17,661 nt of DNA, taken from the IMG/VR virus record IMGVR_UViG_2695420658_000002; one strand, written 5' to 3'. Position 1 is the stretch's first letter. Every line of letters begins with the position of its first letter. This stretch comes from a virus (Duplodnaviria; Heunggongvirae; Uroviricota; Caudoviricetes). The position numbers were made by a program, and so were the translations under genes. The notes beneath the pieces were generated by a model. That model searched no databases. It had not been told where the DNA came from and saw nothing but the letters and a program-made list of their open reading frames with translations. Below are positions 8,853-17,661 of this stretch, in pieces.

Positions 8853-9251
8853 TTATTGCATTCTGGCCAGGCCGCGCTCTGTCATTTCGGCTGCCACACC
8901 GGCAGAGACACGAAACGCCGTTCCCGGCAGCACAAATGCCACAGGTTTATCCCGCGTGGCGTGAAGTGCATCAGTATGCAGCGTCACCAGTGCCACGACC
9001 GTGACCAGTTCAGCCGTATCCTGAATCACGGTATCCGGCTGCGCTGATACCACCTCATTTTCATGCCCGGTCAGCACATTTTCCCGGCTGAGAGGGGTGT
9101 CCTGACCGGCAGTTTCATCCGTGTCATCAAGCTCTTCTTCCAGCTCTGCCACACGAAGCGCCAGTTCTTCTTTCGTTCCCGTCAAACTGACATCGCGGTT
9201 CAATTGCTCACCCAGCTCCTGAAGACGGGCAATCAGTTCATCTTTCGTCAT
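8853..9251 (-). CDS. FI: DNA packaging / head assembly protein FI
   Basis: Translation from the ATG at 9251 (GGAGGAG 4 nt upstream) begins MTKDELIARLQELGEQLNRDVSLTGTKEELALRVAELEEELDDTDE, recognised as lambda gpFI; 399 nt as in lambda. The track's upstream start at 9290 lies inside the E-FI hairpin. Confidence 0.9.
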   Translation of the reverse strand: MTKDELIARLQELGEQLNRDVSLTGTKEELALRVAELEEELDDTDETAGQDTPLSRENVLTGHENEVVSAQPDTVIQDTAELVTVVALVTLHTDALHATRDKPVAFVLPGTAFRVSAGVAAEMTERGLARMQ

Positions 9252-9272
9252 GAACTCCTCCACAGAGAGAAA

Positions 9273-9290
9273 ATGGCCCCGAAGGGCCAT
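9273..9290 (-). terminator. Stable hairpin with UUCG tetraloop immediately 3' of the E stop (possible attenuator or mRNA stabiliser)
   Basis: Sense RNA AUGGCCC-UUCG-GGGCCAU (perfect 7-bp stem) followed by UUUCUCUCU and then the FI Shine-Dalgarno. Confidence 0.45.
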
Positions 9291-9292
9291 GA

Positions 9293-10318
9293 TTACGCCA
9301 GTTGAACGGACACGAACTCATCAGGATCAGCCAGCAGCATCAGCGGTGCTGACTGAATCATGGTGAACTCACGCGCCGGATCGCCGGTGGTCACCCAGTT
9401 TTTCGGGTAACGGGCAGAAGCGTTAATGCCTTCGCGCTGTGCGTCCGCATCCTGAATGCAGCCATAGGTGCGCAGACCGCGAGCCTGAGTGTTCCCCAGC
9501 ACCATCGTGTTGTCCGGCAGGAAGTTCTTTTTGACGCCGTTTTCCACGTACTGTCCGGAATACACGACGATGGCCACATCGCCATACATTCCCTTATAGG
9601 ACACCGCTTTGCCCAGGTCTTTTACCGCTGTCTCCAGCTCGGAATGAGAGCCGCGACGGGTATCCAGCTTCTCCTTGACGGCTTTGAAGGAACGGAACAG
9701 CGCCCAGCCTTTCGGGTCAAACACGATGATATTCACCACACCGCTGGCGTTCAGCGCGTAGGCTTCGATATCGTCGGTCGGGTCATACGTGGACTTGTCA
9801 CGCTTGCTCCACTCCGTGACGCCGGACTGTGTGATGTTGTTCGCCGCACTGCGGCCCATATCCACCTCAACCGGATCGAAGGCTTCACCGGTCATGGTGT
9901 ATTTGCCCTTGAGCACGGCAGAAACTGCCTGCATCTCTTCGACCTGAGCAATGGCCAGCTCTTCGTCACGCATGTTCTGCATGATGATGCGACGGCGGCG
10001 GTAAGCCGGGTCCGCCAGATTCTGCGGATCTTCATCCGGCAGGCGACGCAGGGTCATCTGCGGATTCACCTCATGCTTGGGTTTGACATATCCCGGCGTA
10101 AATTCAGAGGTGGAGCCGCCACGGGAACGGATAACCTCACCGGAAACAATCGGCGAAACGTACAGCGCCATGTTTACCAGTCCCGGAATTTGTGAGAGAT
10201 AGACTTTCTCCGTAGTGAAGGGATAGCTCTCACGGAAAAAGAGACGCAGAAACAGCGGATCAAACTTAAATTTCTGCTCATTTGCCGCCAGCAGCTGGGC
10301 GGTTGTGTACATCGACAT
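9293..10318 (-). CDS. E: Major capsid protein E
   Basis: Translation from the ATG at 10318 begins MSMYTTAQLLAANEQKFKFDPLFLRLFFRESYPFTTEKVYL, recognised as lambda gpE; 1026 nt as in lambda. Confidence 0.92.
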   Translation of the reverse strand: MSMYTTAQLLAANEQKFKFDPLFLRLFFRESYPFTTEKVYLSQIPGLVNMALYVSPIVSGEVIRSRGGSTSEFTPGYVKPKHEVNPQMTLRRLPDEDPQNLADPAYRRRRIIMQNMRDEELAIAQVEEMQAVSAVLKGKYTMTGEAFDPVEVDMGRSAANNITQSGVTEWSKRDKSTYDPTDDIEAYALNASGVVNIIVFDPKGWALFRSFKAVKEKLDTRRGSHSELETAVKDLGKAVSYKGMYGDVAIVVYSGQYVENGVKKNFLPDNTMVLGNTQARGLRTYGCIQDADAQREGINASARYPKNWVTTGDPAREFTMIQSAPLMLLADPDEFVSVQLA

Positions 10319-10331
10319 AAAAAAATCCCGT

Positions 10332-10352
10332 AAAAAAAGCCACACAGGCGGC
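10332..10352 (-). terminator. Terminator-like hairpin plus U7 tract in the D-E intergenic region, with a second U7 directly abutting the E start codon
   Basis: Sense RNA GCCGC-CUGU-GUGGC (5-bp stem with one G.U pair) followed by UUUUUUU, then ACGGGA, UUUUUUU and AUG of E. Confidence 0.4.
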
Positions 10353-10373
10353 CTTTAGTGATGAAGGGTAAAG

Positions 10374-10706
10374 TTAAACGATGCTGATTGCCGTTCCGGC
10401 AAACACGGTCCGTTTTTTCGTCTCGTCGCTGGCAGCCTCCGGCCAGAGCACATCCTCATAACGGAACGTGCCGGACTTGTAGAACGTCAGTGTGGTGCTG
10501 GTCTGGTCAGCAGCAACCGCAAGAATGCCAACGGCAGCACCGTCGGTGGTGCCATCCCACGCAACCAGCTTACGGGTGGAGGTGTCCAGCATCAGCGGGG
10601 TCATTGCAGGCGCTTTCGCACTCAATCCGCCGGGCGCGGTTGCGGTATGAGCCGGGTCACTATTGCCCAGCGGCTGGTAATGGGTAAAGGTTTCTTTGCT
10701 CGTCAT
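10374..10706 (-). CDS. D: Capsid decoration protein D
   Basis: Translation from the ATG at 10706 begins [35 protein letters not shown], recognised as lambda gpD; 333 nt as in lambda. The track starts 2 codons upstream (MFMTSKE). Confidence 0.9.
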   Translation of the reverse strand: MTSKETFTHYQPLGNSDPAHTATAPGGLSAKAPAMTPLMLDTSTRKLVAWDGTTDGAAVGILAVAADQTSTTLTFYKSGTFRYEDVLWPEAASDETKKRTVFAGTAISIV

Positions 10707-10715
10707 AAACATCCC

Positions 10716-11321
10716 TTACACTGGTGTGTTCAGCAAATCGTTAACGGCATCAGATGCCGGGTTACCTGCAGCCAGCGGTGCCGGTGCCCCCTGCATCAGA
10801 CGATCCAGCGCAGTGTCACTGCGCGTCTGTGCACTCTGTGGTGCTGCGGCCAGAATACGGCGGGCCGTTTCCACGGTCATACCGGGGGTTTCGGCCAGCA
10901 CGCGTGCCTGTTCTTCGCGTCCGTGAGCCTCCTCACAGTTGAGGATCCCCATAATGCGACTGTTTTCTGCCGCAACCGCTGCGGTGATCTGCGCGTTCAC
11001 GTCCGGCTGCGCCGCGCTGGCGTTCTCGCCCTCCGTCGCTTGCACCACGCCAGTAACGTCAGCCTGCGAAGCAGTGGCTGAAACAGTTGTTGATTGAGTC
11101 TCTTTGGTCATTCGCCCTCCTGAGAGACGGGATTTACGTGCATCCAGTGCATCACGCATGACGGTGATCGCATCGGTACTGTTAACAAGTTCATCAGCCA
11201 GTCCGGCATCAATGGCCTCCTGACCGCTGTACACTGCAGCCTCGGTATCCAGCACAGCCTGCACGGACAGGCCGGTATATGCCGACACCTTCTGTGCAAA
11301 CATCCGGCGGGTTGCATCCAT
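10716..11321 (-). CDS. Nu3: Scaffolding protein Nu3, in-frame internal start within C
   Basis: In-frame ATG at 11321 (MDATRRMFAQKVSAY...) gives exactly the C-terminal 201 codons of the C frame, the arrangement known for lambda C/Nu3. Confidence 0.8.
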   Translation of the reverse strand: MDATRRMFAQKVSAYTGLSVQAVLDTEAAVYSGQEAIDAGLADELVNSTDAITVMRDALDARKSRLSGGRMTKETQSTTVSATASQADVTGVVQATEGENASAAQPDVNAQITAAVAAENSRIMGILNCEEAHGREEQARVLAETPGMTVETARRILAAAPQSAQTRSDTALDRLMQGAPAPLAAGNPASDAVNDLLNTPV

Positions 11322-12015
11322 CCGGGACTGCAATGTTTCCCGGACATCATCCGGTAGATGGCTGTAGGGGTTGCCATCCACCTTATGGCTGCCGCTGTAA
11401 ATCAGCGTGATTTCCACGCCCTGTTTCTCCAGTGCAGCGCCGTAATTACTGTGAGCCATCATGACGCCGATGGAGCCTGTCCGGGCGGTCTGCGTGACCA
11501 GACGCCGGGAGGCGGCACTGGCAAGCAGCTGACCTGCGCTGCAGTTCATGTCATTGGCCAGCGCCCATACCGGCTTTATGTCACGCACACGGGCGATGAT
11601 GTCAGCGCAGTCAAATGCTCCCGCCACCATTCCGCCCGGTGTGTCCATATCGAGCAGAATGCCGTCCACCATCGGGTCGCTGGCAGCCTGTTGCAGACGG
11701 GCGATAATGCCGTTGTAACCGGTCATCCCCGAGTACGGCTGCAGCGCCCGCGTCCGGCTGACCAGCGTGCCGGACACCGGCAGCACGGCGATGCCGTTCA
11801 TTACCTGATAACTGCGGGCCTGTCGTGGTCCGTCATCATCACCGGATAACGCCAGCGCCGCGGGTGCCTCTCCGGCAGTCAGGCTGTCGCCGGATACTGC
11901 ATCCGTCAGGCAGCTGATCCCAAGCTGGCCTGCAAGCGCACAAAAGAAAACCCGCGCATAGGCGGGTTCAAGCATCAGCGGCTCATTAAAAGCCATGCTG
12001 GCAATATGCGGGAGA

Positions 12016-12035
<20 letters not shown>
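10716..12035 (-). CDS. C: Head maturation protease C (ClpP/S49-like)
   Basis: GTG at 12035-12033 preceded by GAGGAGGAGAAGA; translation (V/M)TAELRNLPHIASMAFNEPLMLEPAYARVFF recognised as lambda gpC; 1320 nt as in lambda; 20-nt overlap with B. Confidence 0.88.
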
Positions 12036-15716
<3,681 letters not shown>

Positions 15717-15742
<26 letters not shown>

Positions 15743-16262
15743 TCAGCAACCCCGGTATCAGTTCATCCAGCGCGGCTGCTTTGTTCATGGCTTTGATGAT
15801 ATCCCGTTTCAGGAAATCAACATGTCGGTTTTCCAGTTCCGGAAAACGCCGCTGCACCGACAGGGGGATCCCGTCGAGAATACTGGCAATTTCACCTGCG
15901 ATCCGCGACAGCACGAAAGTACAGAATGCGGTTTCCACCACTTCAGCGGAGTCTCTGGCATTTTTCAGCTCCTGTGCGTCGGCCTGCGCACGCGTAAGTC
16001 GATGGCGTTCGTACTCAATAGTCCCTGGCTGGAGATCTGTCTCGCTGGCCTGCCGCAGTTCTTCAACTTCCCGGCGCAGCTTTTCGTTCTCAATTTCAGC
16101 ATCCCTTTCGGCATACCATCTTATAACGGCGGCAGAGTCATAAAGCACCTCATTACCCTTGCCACCGCCTCGCAGAACGGGCATTCCCTGTTCCTGCCAG
16201 TTCTGAATGGTACGGATACTCGCACCGAAAATGTCAGCCAGCTGCTTTTTGTTGACTTCCAT
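15717..16262 (-). CDS. Nu1: Terminase small subunit Nu1 (N-terminal HTH, binds cosB)
   Basis: 181-aa ORF recognised as lambda gpNu1 (MEVNKKQLADIFGASIRTIQNWQEQGMPVLRGGGKGNEVLYDSAAVIRWYAERDAEIENEKLRREVEEL...). Confidence 0.92.
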
Positions 16263-16284
16263 TGTTCATTCCACGGACAAAAAC

Positions 16285-16400
16285 AGAGAAAGGAAACGAC
16301 AGAGGCCAAAAAGCCCGTTTTCAGCACCTGTCGTTTCCTTTCTTTTCAGGGGGTGTTTTAAATAAAAACATTAGGTTACGGCGAAGAAGAACGGAAACGC
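16285..16400. promoter_or_regulatory. cosB: terminase (Nu1) binding region with three R-element repeats and an intervening AT-rich IHF-type bend segment
   Basis: Three copies of the CGTTTCC/GGAAACG core: agaaaggaaacgacag at 16287-16302, ctgtcgtttcctttct at 16328-16343 (inverted), cgaagaagaacggaaacg at 16382-16399; AT-rich segment at 16350-16378. Layout matches lambda cosB R1/R2/R3 as I recall it. Confidence 0.75.
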
Positions 16401-16408
16401 CTTAAACC

Positions 16409-16977
16409 NNNNNNNNNNNNNNNNNNNNNNNNNNNNNNNNNNNNNNNNNNNNNNNNNNNNNNNNNNNNNNNNNNNNNNNNNNNNNNNNNNNNNNNNNNNN
16501 NNNNNNNNNNNNNNNNNNNNNNNNNNNNNNNNNNNNNNNNNNNNNNNNNNNNNNNNNNNNNNNNNNNNNNNNNNNNNNNNNNNNNNNNNNNNNNNNNNNN
16601 NNNNNNNNNNNNNNNNNNNNNNNNNNNNNNNNNNNNNNNNNNNNNNNNNNNNNNNNNNNNNNNNNNNNNNNNNNNNNNNNNNNNNNNNNNNNNNNNNNNN
16701 NNNNNNNNNNNNNNNNNNNNNNNNNNNNNNNNNNNNNNNNNNNNNNNNNNNNNNNNNNNNNNNNNNNNNNNNNNNNNNNNNNNNNNNNNNNNNNNNNNNN
16801 NNNNNNNNNNNNNNNNNNNNNNNNNNNNNNNNNNNNNNNNNNNNNNNNNNNNNNNNNNNNNNNNNNNNNNNNNNNNNNNNNNNNNNNNNNNNNNNNNNNN
16901 NNNNNNNNNNNNNNNNNNNNNNNNNNNNNNNNNNNNNNNNNNNNNNNNNNNNNNNNNNNNNNNNNNNNNNNNNNNNN
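16409..16977. other. Masked/unknown sequence (569 N); expected location of cosN and the cos-proximal region beyond it
   Basis: Run of n characters; by lambda spacing (Nu1 start about 190 nt from the cohesive end) cosN would lie near 16440-16465. Confidence 0.9.
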
Positions 16978-17020
16978 TCGTGCAGACTACGCCCCCTCAT
17001 ATCACATGGAAGGTACTACA

Positions 17021-17461
17021 ATGGCTCAGGTTGCCATTTTTAAACAAATATTCGATAAAGTGCGAAATAATTTAAACTATCACTGGTTTTNNNNNNNNNN
17101 NNNNNNNNNNNNNNNNNNNNNNNNNNNNNNNNNNNNNNNNNNNNNNNNNNNNNNNATTTACTATTTAGCCACAGAGAATATTCATCTTGTTCTTGAAAAC
17201 GATAATACGGTTTTAATAAAAGGACAGGGTAAGGTTGTAAATGTAAGATTTTCAAAAAATAAATGCCTTATAGAAGCCACCTTAAAAGGATTCAAATCAG
17301 GAGAGTTATCATTTTACGAATACAGGAAAAATCTTGCTACAGCAGGGGTTTTCAGATGGATTACAAATATCCACGAAAACAAAAGGTATTACTATACCTT
17401 TGATAATTCATTACTCTTTACTGAGAACATACAGAACACTACACAAATATTTCCGCACTAA
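17021..17461 (+). CDS. Hypothetical protein, AT-rich moron-like cargo ORF beyond cos; possibly a DUF1398-type (YbcV/YdfO-like) prophage protein
   Basis: ATG at 17021 with GGAAGG 7 nt upstream (the track's ATG at 17006 has no Shine-Dalgarno); frame open to TAA at 17459-17461; markedly lower G+C than the structural genes; interrupted by a 65-nt N run. The family assignment is from memory of similar prophage proteins and is weak. Confidence 0.55.
   Translation: MAQVAIFKQIFDKVRNNLNYHWFXXXXXXXXXXXXXXXXXXXXXXIYYLATENIHLVLENDNTVLIKGQGKVVNVRFSKNKCLIEATLKGFKSGELSFYEYRKNLATAGVFRWITNIHENKRYYYTFDNSLLFTENIQNTTQIFPH
17091..17155. other. Masked/unknown sequence (65 N) inside the AT-rich ORF
   Basis: Run of n characters. 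Confidence 1.
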
Positions 17462-17469
17462 ATCATAAC

Positions 17470-17498
17470 GTCCGGTTTCTTCCGTGCCAGAACCGGAC
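17470..17498. repeat. Inverted repeat (8-bp stem GTCCGGTT/AACCGGAC, 13-nt loop) just 3' of the AT-rich ORF
   Basis: Seen directly; no U tract follows on the plus strand, so it is not a canonical intrinsic terminator. Confidence 0.4.
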
Positions 17499-17506
17499 TC
17501 GCTGGC

Positions 17507-17661
17507 ATGATGAAATATGTGTACCCGGTAACCCCGGTGTGCATCGTTTTTGATTATTCCCGCACACTCGCGCAGAAGGAGTTCCCCGTCGGGCTACGGT
17601 CTCTGTTAATACGGGAATACGGCGACGATTGGATTTGCCCCTATATTTCCAGACATCTGTT
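17507..17661 (+). CDS. Partial ORF of unknown function, runs off the high-coordinate window edge
   Basis: ATG ATG at 17507-17512, then 51 codons without a stop (MMKYVYPVTPVCIVFDYSRTLAQKEFPVGLRSLLIREYGDDWICPYISRHL); no clear Shine-Dalgarno; product not recognised. Confidence 0.3.
   Translation, partial: MMKYVYPVTPVCIVFDYSRTLAQKEFPVGLRSLLIREYGDDWICPYISRHL

Noticed and set aside
9252-9290. N-terminal extension of FI (MALRGHFLSVEEF...)
   Set aside because: That start lies within the E-FI hairpin and before the GGAGGAG site; the recognised FI N-terminus is MTKDEL from 9251.
10319-10345. N-terminal extension of E (MWLFLRDFF...) from an upstream in-frame start
   Set aside because: It would initiate inside the U-tract intergenic region; the recognised E protein begins MSMYTT at 10318.
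10707-10712. Upstream ATG giving MFMTSKE for D
   Set aside because: The mature lambda D N-terminus corresponds to the second ATG; the first lies only 3 nt after the C stop. This is uncertain and has minimal consequence.
16371-17000. Minus-strand 209-aa ORF composed almost entirely of X
   Set aside because: Artefact of the N run; no real sequence supports it.
17470-17498. Inverted repeat after the AT-rich ORF as an intrinsic terminator
   Set aside because: The 13-nt loop is long and no U tract follows on the plus strand, so it is kept only as an inverted repeat.

Overview
This window is the reverse complement of the left arm of a lambda-type enterobacterial phage or prophage: a complete, syntenic DNA-packaging, head and tail morphogenesis module on the minus strand. 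Reading from high to low coordinates it runs cosB, Nu1, A, W, B, C/Nu3, D, E, FI, FII, Z, U, V, G/G-T, H, M, L, K, I, J, with J running off the low-coordinate edge. Gene identities were assigned by recognising the translated ORFs as the corresponding lambda proteins and by the matching gene order, gene lengths and overlaps; no search could be run. Three runs of N hide sequence: 4199-4531 inside the tape-measure gene H, 16409-16977 where cosN and the DNA beyond cos are expected, and 17091-17155 inside a small AT-rich ORF. Past cos there is a markedly AT-rich plus-strand ORF (moron-like cargo) and a partial ORF at the window end. I see no tRNA, rRNA, CRISPR array or insertion sequence. I do not see evidence for an undescribed system in the visible sequence; the observations worth a second look are the probable longer start of K (needed for an intact JAMM motif), the K/I ubiquitin-like pairing, terminator-like hairpins between late genes, the frame break across the N run in H, and the cargo ORFs beyond cos. 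Most plus-strand ORFs in the supplied track are antisense shadows of the minus-strand genes.
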